Positions 24,220-38,000 of a DNA stretch of 64,000 bases are shown one piece after another. The stretch lies in NCBI GenBank assembly GCA_030141605.1, contig JAQGDQ010000176.1, positions 186,001-250,000 of the forward strand, given 5' to 3'. The DNA is from Tubiluchus corallicola (taxonomy: Eukaryota > Animalia > Priapulida). The position numbers and the translations under genes are program-made. Position 1 is the stretch's first letter. Each line of letters begins with the position of its first letter. Under the pieces are notes generated by a model. The model did no database searches and was not told the DNA's origin. It saw only the letters and a list, made by a program, of their open reading frames with translations.

Positions 24220-25497
24220 GAAGGTTTGGTACAACAGGTAAATTGGGTACGAATGTCGCGAGTGACTCTCGAGGAACTATTTTGTGGCGCATAGAAACAT
24301 AGTACTAAGTAGTCAGTTAAGCAGAAAGCGTGTGGAGAACACGACTTTGTCATTGCCTTCGTCTTTATTTTTACATTTTCTGTTTTATAGAAGATTAAGC
24401 ATTTTTTATCGTTAAATTTTGAGTTCTACCAATTTCTGTGGCTGCAAATTAAATAAGATAATAAGAAGCGAGGACGCCACGAAAGAAAAAATAACAAACG
24501 CTTTCCTACAACGAGGAAGAGTTAGTACTGGAAAATTTGATACTAACCAATTCTATATCTGATTAGAAAATAATTGCACAGCAACGCAACAACAGCAACG
24601 AAAGAACAAAAGTAACGATGACGTCAGCAATAGCGTCGATGGTGATGATGATTTGATGATGATGATGATGATGATGACAACGACGATGATGATAATGATG
24701 ATGACGACGATGATGATGTTGATATCAAAAACAACAAGCAAAAGCAAGCATTCAACAAGAAAACAACAACATTAATAACAGCAGCAACAGCAGCGGCAGC
24801 AGCAGCAGCAGCAATGACAACAACAACAACAAAAACAAAAGTAACAGTGATAGCAGCTGTGATGATGATGATGATTACAACAAAACAGCAAGCAAGAATA
24901 GAGAAACAACAGCAACAGCAATGACAAATAATAAACAGCAGTCGAGCAAATAAAAAACCAAATAAAAACAAACAACCACAATATAAACCTCTATAATTTT
25001 TCGAGTAGGTTAAATAAAAAATATTTTGTAGTACCGAACGTTCTTTATACCAAACTTTCTCTGTATTAAATTTTCGGTGTAGCAAGCTTTTCCAATGCTA
25101 AATTTACTAAGCACCAAACCTGTTCCGTACCATTTTTGCCTTGTACCAGATTTAGTTGTACCAAAAATGCTTGACAAAACTTCGCCAGTACTTTATTTAC
25201 TAGTACCATGTTTTCCCTGCACCCAATTTTTCCAGTGTCAAAATTTTCCTGTACCAAAAGTTCCCGAGTGGGAAATTTTCACGGCATCAAAAATTTCGGT
25301 TAAAATTTACTGTTCCCCACACTGAAGAAATTGGTTCATGAAGCGGATTAGAATTAGGATTAGGGTTAAGGTTGGGATTAGGGTTAGGGTTAGGGCTAGG
25401 ATTAGGATATTTAAATTGTGTAGGAATTGTATACTCCTTCCAAAATTTCCTAGTACTAAAATTATCGGGAGGAAATTTACCTGTACCAAACACACCG
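24220..25497. mobile_element. Non-autonomous element with imperfect TIRs, a 15-16-bp GTACCAAA periodic array, a triplet tract and TTAGGG-like repeats
   Basis: Left ggtttggtacaacaggtaaatt versus right aatttacctgtaccaaacacaccg; about 15 units of GTACCAAA-N7/8 at 25031-25266; GAT/AAC/GCA tract at about 24575-24985. Confidence 0.5.
25348..25407 (+). repeat. Interstitial telomere-like repeat, 10 degenerate TTAGGG units
   Basis: ttagaa ttagga ttaggg ttaagg ttggga ttaggg ttaggg ttaggg ctagga ttagga. Confidence 0.9.
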
Positions 25498-25946
25498 TTT
25501 CGTTCGATTATCTCATACATCAACAGTTTCCCATTGTTCTGCACATTTTCTATGCCGAGCCTATTTTGCATTGAAATCACAGAAATGAAAAGTGTTCGTT
25601 CTTTTCTGCAGTCTTTTGGATTGTTTTTGGTGTATCTGCTTATTTGATCACGAAAAAATTACCGAGAACACTCTTTGGCCTACAATCTGAACTCAGTGTA
25701 ACATTTATACCACGGTGATATCACCCACTAGTGTCGATATAGAGTAGATGTGCTCCGGGTTAAGACGGTTTTTACATGATATTTGAATGTCTGGTAAGCG
25801 CCGCTTTAATCGCGTAAAAGAACGTTCGACTGAAGTTGCTAATAATAGTCATTTATTTACCAAACTATAGTTACCAAAATGAATAATCAATTACAGAGCA
25901 TACAACAATCGTTATTCAAACTATATAAAAAAGTGACGAAGTGATC

Positions 25947-26870
25947 ATGAATATCAGTGTGCTGATTTTACTAAAATTTTTATTCAGTATATCATCGTTT
26001 TGGTTTGGCGTTTGTCAAAAAGGACTTAACGAACAGACACTTTCAACATTTCCAACAACTAAAGAAAGAAATGTATTTGAACAAAGTTTAGACTTTGAAG
26101 GAGGTGAACCTGTTGAATGGCAAGAAGCACCTCACCAAGTTGGGCTTGGTATTGATAAAACAAAATTTTGTAGTGGAGCAGTCATAGACAGAAAGTGGTT
26201 GATAACCGCCGCACATTGTATTGATAAGGGAGAAAAACATGAAATAGAAGTTATTACTGGAGAAAACGAATCGCAAAATGCTTCCAAAAAACAGTGGATC
26301 AAATGTTTTTCCAAGCATCCTGGGTTCAACAGAACTACACGAGAAAATGATATTGCTCTTCTGCGTATGGAAGACTTGGCAGAGTTCAATCCATTGTTTC
26401 AGCCTGCAACGTTACCCAGTGAGAAAAGCGCAAATTATACCGGAGAAGTGGTAACAATGACCGGATGGGGATCCTCGGGAGGAAATTTAACGTCTAAATT
26501 TGAGAGTCTGCACAAGGTTCAGATGACAGTTCTCGCTCCTTCTGACTGTGAACAAAAGCTAGAAGGATTTAATGACAGTATGATGATTTGCTCTCACAAT
26601 GAAAACCGCACTGGCTGCTATGAGGACTCGGGTGGTCCTTTGATTCTTCAATCAACGAGCGAATTAATTGGGGTTATTTCCAGGTTAACTGATGAAAGAT
26701 GTTTGGGTCCTACTATTTTCACGCGGGTAGGTAGCTATGTTAACTGGATTAAAGAAGAGCAAGCTTTTGACCAAATACAGAGCTTCGGTAGGCCAACTGT
26801 CATATTTGCTGTTAACCAGGCAAACATCTGTCTTTTTACGTATCTTTCGCTGGCTCTGTTCCTCGATTAG
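25947..26870 (+). CDS. Trypsin-fold (S1A) serine protease or protease homologue, 307 aa, signal peptide plus hydrophobic C-terminal tail, intronless
   Basis: First ATG is 25947 (the track starts at an upstream GTG). Hydrophobic N-terminus; FCSGAVI, WLITAAHC (His), ENDIALL (Asp), TGWG, MMIC, GCYEDSGGPL (Ser), PTIFTRVGSYVNWI; tail ICLFTYLSLALFLD. Confidence 0.92.
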   Translation: MNISVLILLKFLFSISSFWFGVCQKGLNEQTLSTFPTTKERNVFEQSLDFEGGEPVEWQEAPHQVGLGIDKTKFCSGAVIDRKWLITAAHCIDKGEKHEIEVITGENESQNASKKQWIKCFSKHPGFNRTTRENDIALLRMEDLAEFNPLFQPATLPSEKSANYTGEVVTMTGWGSSGGNLTSKFESLHKVQMTVLAPSDCEQKLEGFNDSMMICSHNENRTGCYEDSGGPLILQSTSELIGVISRLTDERCLGPTIFTRVGSYVNWIKEEQAFDQIQSFGRPTVIFAVNQANICLFTYLSLALFLD

Positions 26871-27841
26871 ATCTATACTGCCGTAGTGCGGGGGTTCATT
26901 TGGCCAATTTTTGTTGTTCCAAGTAATTTTCTACTTATTGAAAACTCTGGAAAACTGTCGCCAAACATGGGACAGCAAATAGCCAATTTTACCTAAACCT
27001 GTAAACGCTGTTTAATGTGCAAATATTATAAACAATGAGCAAAATTAATAGTGTAGTAGCAGTTGGTTTCTTAATGATGCTCTTTCCTCAGTATACAATA
27101 TATCATATGTCTATACTCGTATACTCAATACGTAGAACTCTGCTATTATAAATTAAAGATTTCAACGTCATTAGGAAATTTAATACATTAGCTCAATTCC
27201 TCGTTGTTTAGTTATTTATGCATCATATAAAAAAACTTCATAATTTTGCTCATAAAGGTATTGCGAGCATTCGCGTTTTTTCTGCCATCCAGACTGAATA
27301 TCATTGATTAGAGTCGTTTTTATCTAAATAATTTGTCATATGTGTTTTGATTATATTCTCTATATTCCGAATACAAGTTTAGCTTTTCGGCAAATATGGC
27401 GAAACGTATGCACACCGGTTATCTTAGGTCTGCTTTCTGCATCAATAGCGGCACTTTTCTCTTGCTAAACTTGCATTACTTTATTGCTTTCGTAGCAATC
27501 CCGAGTGAAAACTAATGGACATAGATAAAGAAAAGTGGTCGCCGTTTGATCTTTAAATCGTTAAAGGCTCTTGGAAGCCAATGGCGATGACGTAGTTTTC
27601 ATTTGTTCGGACATAAATGAATTGCACACTAGACTGAAGTTGAGCTTGTCCAGCTCGTAGTGCAAGTAGTTTCACACACATTGCGAATAAAAAATAAATT
27701 CAAGATTCATCTAAAAACCATAACTTCGTACAGCAGAAGCGTCCCAAATAAAGTTCTGCATCGTGTTCTATAATTCAAGATTAATTTCAACGATAGGGAA
27801 AGTGAGGAACGCGGACAAAAAATTTTCCAGTTTATAATACG

Positions 27842-28068
<227 letters not shown>

Positions 28069-30394
28069 AATGTTTAGTAATATTTTTATGAATGCATTAA
28101 CGTACATAAACGTGCAATAATTAGCATATAACGTATGAACGACGTCTATATAACATATTTATATTTAACGTATTTGTACCTTTAATTGCAGGCAATAAGT
28201 ATCCAGTAATGACGTTTAAAAGCCCTTCTAGTACCCACGATGCCGTCCCAATATTTTCTAAATTTATAAATTTGTATACATATTTCTTGCGGTATAAAAT
28301 TTTTTTATTGCATTGCATTTCGTTAATATTCCAAGGCAAACTTGTTAAGCGTCAAAGATAGAATGAATTAGAAGGGCTTTAGATTGAGTATAGAGATTTA
28401 TCACGATTTGTTAGTAATGCACTAACAGTAAAAAAACGAATACGAAAAATAAAACTGCCGTAAAAAACCCGCAACTATGCATGAACATTTTCTGATGATG
28501 TAATCTATTTATTTTCGTGTCATTATCCATTCGTAAAATCATTATTGTTATTTGTTTGTCATGCTTCTAGCAGTGCGTTCATTAACAGCATCGGCGGCAG
28601 CTGACTTGCTGCAATTTGCCAAAATCCATTAGCGCACAAAAACCGATGTTAGAAATAGTAAACTAGTTAATTCAACAAGCTGTATTTACTTAGTCAGCTA
28701 ACTACTTACTTACTTACTGCCTCAAAATAAGTGTAAAAACTGTTGGGAATGTAGAAAAAGAGCGAGCAACAGTCACAACGGATACAATAGGCAACTGTCA
28801 GTAGGCCAAAATTATTATGCCAAAGTATATACTCTCAATGAGACAAAGTTTTAGCGTGTCCGGAATGGTGACCAAAAAATCACCGGGCGACAGGTGAATG
28901 GGAGAAGATCAATCAGAAAGATTGACCAAAATGTCAATTAAAAGTGGCCGACTGTTCGACCTAATCCACGAAAAGAACATTCTTGAAATCTGTTCCATCT
29001 AGACCATCTGTGGACATACTGAAACTGCGTATAATATTATACTATCATAATTTTAGACAACAGGGAAGGAAATGATTTGTGTAGAAAGAAAAATACAGGG
29101 CAGAGTTAGGGGAACGAGAAAGGCAGGGAGAAGATATGAAGAGGATGAGAAAAAGAAACCATACTGCCGCGAGCTACCTCGTGATATTTGTACACATATA
29201 AATGTGGCTAAGAAATGCCTAAGCAAATACTGTCGTAGGTTAATGATTATACTGGAAATAGCTTGTTTTACGTGCTCGTGCTTGTAAATACACGAAGAGT
29301 AAAACTACAGATAGCGCTAATCCGGCCTACAACTGTCAAATTAAGCTTGCGCGCAAACATTCTCACGAAGTCGAGGTTTCTTAAATGAAGCCCCGTGAGT
29401 AGGATAGTTGAATTAACCTGTTTATTATAACTTATAAGTGTCAGATGCGTTACATCGAAGTGGCAAAGTATTTACTTAAAACTTTTTGCAAGAAATCTCC
29501 TTTCGCTTGATTTTTTATTTTTCATGTACTGCAGTACTGTTAAGTGCACAATATTGGCTAAATAGTAATCTAAGTCGATTATAGTAAATAGATACTAGAC
29601 TATAGGCAAACTGCAGGTGAAAATACGCAATGTAGCACACTTAAATTCATCCATAAAACAATACCATGAAAGCCGCTTTGTCAAGATTGATCTCATTATA
29701 TTGCATGACGTATTAGATGATCTCATTAGATTTGTTATTTCATGAACGTTTTTGCTTTTTTAATTTCTTAAACGCACTTATTATCATGCCTATTAAGTAT
29801 TGTGGAGATCCAAGGCTTTAGATCATTGATCTATGATTGTACACCAAACATGTAAAACATTATATGTAAGAACCGCCTTTATTCTGTTTCCTGTGTTGCA
29901 ATTCAGTTTTAGTTTTTCATTAAATAATTTTAAGAGATAAATATGAATTTAAAATCGCTCTGTTATTTTTCTCCTGCTTATTTATTTATTTCGAGAATTT
30001 ATTTATTTTGGTTAATTAAAGCACATAAACAACAATAGATCTTAGATGTGTATCGAAAAGTATAAGAATCCAGAATAACATCGATTAGCCAGATAACACT
30101 TTCTCAAAGTCTAACCGCGGTCAGGGTCAACTTTCTTAATGACAATCTCAGTATGGATAGGAAACGCATTAGATCAGCCTACAATCTGTGATAGCTGCTG
30201 AGCTTGCTGTTCGATACGCTGACAACAAGATCTGATCTTTATTCAGTGCTCATTGGAATGACCTCTGGCAAAATCCACTATAGTTGAAATTGTCGCTGTA
30301 TTTTACAAACCAAAGAAGACAAAATGATTCAAGCAGTAGGTTGTATTTCTTTGCATTCTTCTCTTCTTTTTCAGTCTGCTCCTCTCCTCAGTCT

Positions 30395-30680
30395 CACCAC
30401 CATCGGGTCCACCGCCATCATCATCATCATCATCATCATCATCGTCGTCGTCGTCGTCGTTGTCATCATCATCATCATCATCAGTAGTAGCAGCAGAAAC
30501 AGTATGACAGTCATCATTATTACTGTCATATTTATCTTTATTAAACAACATCTTTATCTTCATTATCATCAGCTTCGCCATCATTATCATCATCTTCATC
30601 ATTGCCGTTGTCTCGCAATCAGTGTCGTCAACAATGTCATCACCTGCAGGATCATCGTCGCCGTCAACGCTGTCGCCCGG
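30395..30680. repeat. Degenerate (CAT/CGT) triplet tract
   Basis: Read directly; produces the poly-H and poly-D pseudo-ORFs. Confidence 0.9.
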
Positions 30681-32304
30681 GTTCATGGTAAAACAGATTA
30701 GTTTTTACTAAATACTCCTCCTATCTTTTGACAGTTATTCGTTCCTCGTCAAATTTCAATGATTAAGCTGCATCCAGCGAAGAATCTGACAGTCGTCGAA
30801 AATTGATTTGCTCTGTAAGAAGAAACACGAGTAGCTAAGAAATTTGCTTTGACATTCTTTATTATTCTTCTAGTGTCTAATCTTGCAACCGCTAGTTTTC
30901 CTGATAACATCCAAAGATAAGATTAGAATTTTGCTAGGCCTGGTCCTTTGCACTTATTAAACTCTCCTAAATACGTAAATTTATTAAAGACGGAGAGTGA
31001 TATTGGCTATATTGATACCTACATCAGGCTATTAATAATCTTATGTAAAGAGAGTATTTGAATTATTCGCTTTAAAATAATTTTAAAACACTAAATTCAC
31101 ACCCTACCTAGACTAGGAACAAAACTTGGTTGTTCAGCGTTGTCTCTCGTACGAGTAACAAGTTATCATACTCACACCAATAATTTTTGCGTCATTCATT
31201 TGCCGTTACTGATCACAATTTTCTAAGAATCATTTTGCGTTTTCAACGTTCTGTAAGTAAGTAGTTTGAATTGCAGACGCCGGGACGAAAATAATTGGGG
31301 AAATCATGTTCAAAGTATTGCAGTACACTTGCATCGTGATTTGAGAAAGCTGCATTATGCTATATCTTTGATGTGGACACGAGAAAGCATTTCCATGACC
31401 GATCACCTTAAAGTCCACATTATAGCAACCACATCTTACACGTATCGTTGCAGTTTGCTCTTTAGAGATTGAATCAGCCACTCGCAGATCCGTGGACGGA
31501 CGAAGGAGAAAATTAAATTTCTTGCTGACTTATAATGGCTTGATAATGCTGATAATCAGATTCAATGCATATTTGCATTGCCTGAAGACTGTATTTATGA
31601 GAATGATACTGTTTATTCTTGCTGGCTGTATGCTGTGTTCTGCACTCACTTTAAGCAGTAGTAATAAAAAAGTAGGGAGAACTATAGGTGTAAGGTTTTA
31701 TTTATTCTGCTTTCCTCTGTAAATGCTGTTCTTATAAAGTATGTACCTGTGTCATGAATAAATATTGCATTGCCATCTAGTAAACTGCCAGTTTTTCAAT
31801 TTGTAACTGAAACTTTACTGATTCTGCTATATATTTTCCTAGTTTTGCGAAATGGTCAAAATGTTGCCCTGTATTACAACTTTACTGGAAAATATAAAAG
31901 TAAGTGCTTCTTTATTTTCACCAGTCTCCTGTCTCTGCATTGAATGTCTTGTATGCTGATGTCATCAGTTGCAAAATTCATATGAAGCTGCAGCGCTGGG
32001 TTGATGTCGGTTGTTTTCTACGACCAATTATATAGAAATCGGTCACCCCGAGCTAAAAATCTGCATGCGCAATCGATTGTGTAAACAAACGTTGTGTTTT
32101 CAATTCGTTATGACGTGTTTACGTCCCATCCTATGAAATATTTAAATGATCAGTAGAGATAAGCCACGAATCGGCTTCCGTAATTCCCCAGAGCATTTGT
32201 TTGTAAGCTCGACATCTCTTTCACGTGCGCACATGCGTTGAAATAGTGAAAATTATTAGGTAACTAAGGGTGCAACTAACATCGCACAATCTCTCCTGTG
32301 GTTG

Positions 32305-35010
32305 ATGAATTATGAATTATGAATTTATTCCACAGCAACACAAACATACATACTAACTGTTATTACATTGAAAAAGAATTTATAAACTAAACGAGTTACT
32401 GTGAGGAGGAGGAAGGAGCATTGAGCTTTCGAGTCCTCCTCCAGATAAGTGGAACACTTGACAATTAACGTTGCATAGTATAGTATTTTCGTCAGTTATA
32501 ACGTACATTAGAATAAAATAAGTTTTGTTAGTAACTTAAGATCAGGATGAGTAAAATTGTGAATTAATTATACCGTTGTAGTAAGTAATTTTTTGATGCT
32601 TTTTTAAATTGATAAAGATTAATAGTTTTCGTTTCACGCGGAATTGATGACCATATTTTAACAGCATTATATTTTGATGACTGTTTCATTATATTTGTTT
32701 TTGGAAGAGGGAGTACATAGTTTCCGAATGAATATCTTGTATAATGATCATGTTGATTTGAAACTGGACTAAAGTATGACTGAAAAGCTGGTGGAAGTAG
32801 TGAATTATGATACTGATACATTAAATGAAGACAATACATGTCATATATTTCTTTCACTTTAAGAGTTTTAACAGACAAGTAAATTATATTTGTGGTCATA
32901 CCTTACATGATATATTAGTTTGAGAATTTTGTTCTAGGTAATTTGTAAAGCTTCCAGATTACTTTTATATACACAACCCCAAGACATGACGCCATATATT
33001 AGATATGGGTAGACTAGACTGTAATAGATTTTCATCAGTGTTTCTCTATTAACAAACTTGCGTAATTTATAGATGATTCCCAAGGTTTTACTCTATTTAT
33101 GCTTTATTATACTTATTTGGTACTTCCAGTCTAGGTGCTCATCAAGAAATATTCCCAAATATTTAACATGTGACTTTTTTTCAACAATAACATTACTAAG
33201 AACTATGGTTATATTTCTTGATGGTGTTCTCCTTTTCTTTTTTAGGAGCATGAAGTTTGATTTATTAATATTCAATGAGAGCTTATTTACATGCAGCCAT
33301 TCTGTTACTTTATTTAACTGGGTTTTCATGACTCTCTCCAAGTTATCTATATTTGAATCGCTTAAAAAATATTTGTATCTTTTGAACCATGATTGAGCTG
33401 AATGTCTTATGCCATAAAAATGCAATTTGTCTAGAAGAATACAATGATCTACCGCATCAAGTACCTTTGATAAATCTATGAACAGACCACAGACATACTG
33501 ATCATTATCAAGCGCCTCTGCAATTTTATTAGTTATTTCAATTAATGCTAATGCTGTTGAATGCGACTTTCGAAAACCGAATTGATATTCATATAAAATT
33601 GTGTTTTGTAGAAGAAAAGAGGATAGTTAATTAAATGCGATTTTTTCAAGTATTTTAGAAAAAACACTTAACAGTGAAATTGGTCGATAATTATATAACT
33701 TAGTTTTACTATTTGATTTATAAGCAGGAATTACTTTAGTGAGTTTAAGCTGTTCCGGAAAAATACCAGTATTAAATGATTGATTATATATAAAACTTAA
33801 TGGCTTGGAAATGACGGAACTAGCAATTTTAACAAAAAAATTACTGACACCGTCTGCACCAGGGGCTTTGTTACCCTTAAGTCCTGTTAATAATGAGAGC
33901 ACTTCTACTTCATTAGTAGGTTCAAATCTAAATTCATTAGCAAAATTACCAGTTAAATGCAAAAGATGATGCTTATTAATATTTGGAATATTTTTTGCCA
34001 ATGTTGATCCAACTTCAACAAAATACTTATTAAATTTATCTGCCATTAGCCGAGGTTGGGTTATTTGCTCATTATTAATAACTAATTTAGTAGGACAATT
34101 CTTTTGGGCTTTTAGTTTTACTAGTTCATTCACTATTTTCACATTGATTTAATATCTTTATTAGCTGCTTTATTAGCTTTATTATTTCTTAATATAGTAT
34201 TGTTCTTTGCTTTTATTTTTTAATTTATTCAGGATATTGGCATATGTTTTATATTTATTGTGCTTATTCACATCATTAGATTTAAATAATGTGACATACA
34301 TTTTTGTTTTTTCCTAACACTAACAAGTATTCCTCTGGTAATCCAAGGTTTTTCTGATAATTTGCATTCTTTTTTGAAAGCATTCTTAATGGTGCATGTT
34401 TATCAATAGTAGTAATTAATGTATTTAAAAAATAATTATAATATTCTGTTGGACTATTACAAGTAAGATATTGTTCAAAATTTAAGAAACTAGTTTCTAT
34501 GTCATCTATAAAGTTTTGTTTATTAAAATTTTTGAAATTACGTTTATGAATTTTACAATATTTATCTCTAGTTACGCTAATATTTTTTACTGTTGCAAAA
34601 ATTGGCAATGATCACTAATATTGTAAAGGCATATACCAGAATTAATTTCAGTGTTTATACAATTACTATAGATGTGATCAATTAAAGTTTTTGATTTGAT
34701 TCTAGTTGGTCTTGTAATTAAAGGGTAACAAAACTGCGAAAATAACATATCAATATATTGAGCTGTAAAATTATGACTATCACATTTCAGAAGATCAATG
34801 TTTAGATCACCCATAATATATAATTTTTTGTGTTCCGCATTTACAATTTTGATTGTGCTTTCAAGTTCAGATTTGAAATGCTTTAAGGAATCCAAAGTAC
34901 CGTCTGGATGTCGGTAAATTAGCCCAACTACCACTCCAACATGTTGTTTTGAGTCTAGTTCTATCCATTTGATACCACCATTTGAAATATTAATTTTAAC
35001 ACAGCTCAAG
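32305..35010 (-). mobile_element. 5'-truncated, frameshifted non-LTR retrotransposon of the CR1/L2 group (Crack/Daphne-like): ORF2 remnant plus 3' UTR
   Basis: APE endonuclease C-half (IYRHP, MGDLNIDLL, PTRI, LIDHIYSN, ISDH); linker (IDKHAPL); RT start (KAPGADG, NYRPISLLSVFSKILEK, FIDLSK..D.VDH, FYGIR); thumb (WLHVNKLSLNINKS, KYLGIFLDEHLDW); C-terminus (HDHYTR, FKKASK). The 3' UTR has a ggaggagga..tcctcc stem, AATAAA and an (ATTCATA)n tail at 32305-32325. Confidence 0.93.
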
Positions 35011-38000
35011 AAATGCTACTTTGCGCCGTTGAACAATAAATGGATAACAAATTACGCCATATATACGTTAACATCCAAGCAGTAACATGATGTGTGCAGT
35101 CTGGCTAGCAGATAATTCTGCGATTGCTCTTAGAGATTTCACTGTGCCAATGTCCCGAATCAGTGTATCATCCACTCATCAACTTGTTGTAAGTCATTCA
35201 ATGCTGTTATTAGGTTTGACTGTTTTCTTGCGTATAAACAGAGTCTTACTGGTGTTCACTCCCTAGATCACTCGACATTAATATCCGTGTCTGGGACAAC
35301 CAACACTTTAACAGTGTTTCAACATACATCAACATTATAAAAGGAACTGTAGTATTTCAATATACTTTGTCAAAGCCATTGGGAAAAAATCTAAAGTTTG
35401 TACTTTTCCTAAAGGTTTCCTATTGTTGCTTAAAGGGCGACTGTAATGTAATCGAGTTGTGGATGTAAACATGTCTTGTGTATCAAATAAGAAGTAATAG
35501 TGTACATTTTATGCAGTGATTCAGTGGCAATTATTAATTAAAATTGCGTGCAATAGAATTAATTTGCAAATAAAAATTTAGCCAAATTTGTGTTTGGTTG
35601 CAAAATCTATAATTAAAAACACAGTATTGCTGTATTATTACTATTTATTAATTACTTAATCAGAAACGTTAGAATTGCTGCAACACGAGTGTTTTACATA
35701 TTGTTCTTTTTGTCCATTAACGTTTATTTAACATTGTTTGCAGTTGACTAACACCTTAAGTTAATCTGACTAAAATGTTCAAAATGCAGACCATGGTTCG
35801 TGTGACCGATTACATTTGAAGAACGAAAATTTTCAAATTACCACTTTCTAGTTTTTTTGCCCACCCTTTCCTACCTGATCATTTGTGGAATGTAGGACAT
35901 ATCTTGTTTTCTTACATGCTCATTCAGTTAAGAAAGGAAACTACTTTTATACTTTTCTCAAAGTTGTGTAGGCCCTTAGCTATGGTATGATTTATAGGGC
36001 TGTCGTCCAGACAATAGTAAGTAGGACTTAACAACGGCATACAAGTTGTTATGGATACACCTTCAGCCTTACATGTGATTACTCATTTCTATAATCACTT
36101 GATCTTTTCCCGAATGCATCTGGGGCGACATTTTGCAATAAAATGCATGCCCAACAGCACCAAATGTACTTTTCCGTATATGAATATTTTATCTCCTAGC
36201 CAGCGTTATTAAATTAAACCACTTACTTTATGCAATGCATAGCCATATATACATTAACCGCCTGTCATTTATATCTCTGATACAGTTAATAAAATCCCGC
36301 AGGAATCTTACGCTAACATTTAACACATGAAGGAACGCATCTAGACCATAGTGTGACTGCTGAGTGTAAAGCAGTCTGGGACACAGTAGACAATGATGTA
36401 GGATAGTGAATTATAAAAACGTCGAAATCAGCTATAAAATAGAGACCATTTTTTCTGCAAACCGGACTAAATTCTTACCACTCCACCAAAAAAAGTTTGT
36501 TAAATAATGAAACATCAACAAAATAAATTTATTTTAAAAAGAAAACTGGTCCTGAAAATTTTCTTTATCACCGGAGCAGAAAATTGTGTTTAAAATAGAT
36601 TACCTCTGCTTAACGTGAAAATGTATTCATAAACCTTCATAAAAATAGTGTCAACCTTCATTTTAAAACCATTGGTGATTTCAGTGACATCAATTAGCAT
36701 AAAAAGGTGAAGTTAACAATGGAGGAGGAAGCAGGTGAGAACACCGATTTTTGTATCCCTCCTATGCACTGAGAGCAGAGATTAAAGACATGAGAAAAAT
36801 GATACATTCATATCTACATTCAACAAATTATTATTTAGAACTTATTCAAATTTTGAAAATAAGTAAATCAGAAATCTAAGACTTATAATATGCCTAGTAT
36901 TCAAGATTCCCACTCTTGCACACCTATATTTTTTTTCGTCACCAATGAAAGCATGAAAGCTTTTAGAAACAGAACTGAATGATTAGAAGTAAAAACTATA
37001 CCAGAAATCCCTCTTGTTCTTGAAAGCCATCAACAGCTCGAATACAGTTAGCTTTCCTACTACTTACATTCTACTATTTGAGCCATGTTCTTTCAGCAGT
37101 TTTTTCAGGTATTAAACTATAGATTGTGTTTACGATTATCTCATTTACGACTCTACCTCTCCCAAATGTCCAGTATTTTTTCTACTTTCTTTCAACTTGC
37201 TTGACTATATATGCTTGCTTCTATATTGTGAATATACACTGTATGTGTAAACCGCATCTACTATAAATACAAACTGTTAGAACTTTTGACTTATTTACTG
37301 TATTTATTTATTTTATTTTATTCTATAAACCACGCACTTCTGTAAAGTTCGTTTAATCATATATACCAAAAAGACATGCAGAAATGAATTTAAATAAAGT
37401 AGTAAAGTAGTGATCATTAATTAAAAAACCAAAATGCATGCTAAAAATTAATGAAAAGTGCTAAAATGGTACAAACATAAAAACATACATAAGCAAATTA
37501 GCTAAAACGTCAAAAGAACTTAAATTAAAAAACTTGAAATTGCATCTTTCTATCCAATATAAGTATCTCAAATGAGAAACACTGCCCGAAACTTTATGGT
37601 AAATTAAAGCAGTATCACAATTTATACGTTTAACTATCACAAATTACTGTTTAGAAATACAGTAAGTCTACGTTAGTTTCTATTTAAAGTCGAAAGTGCA
37701 TACAATGAACCGTTCACTGAAGTTACTCTGTCATGAACACTCGTACAGACTGAGATAAAAACAAATCGTTGATTTATTAAGCTTTCTAGTGTTTTTCCTG
37801 AAATCGTGTTAGTATTCCCCAAGGTCGCTCTCAACTGCAAAATTCTTATTTTACAGCTACACTGCTTGAGATGTAAAACAAAATGAGTATTGTGAAGTGT
37901 TTTCGGTTTATTAAATTCAAAACGTGTTGTGTTTGTGACGTGGATGATTTTTCATTTTTATTATGAATGTAATCCAGCTAGTTCGTTGTATTATTTTAGT

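Noticed and set aside
25031-25266. Repeat-spacer pattern resembling a mini CRISPR array
   Set aside because: The core is only about 8 nt and degenerate, spacers are 7-8 nt, there are no cas genes and the context is eukaryotic; it is a transposon subterminal array.
25922-25932. TATAAAA upstream of the protease ATG
   Set aside because: It is only about 20 nt from the ATG, too close to leave a 5' UTR, and the motif is common in AT-rich DNA.
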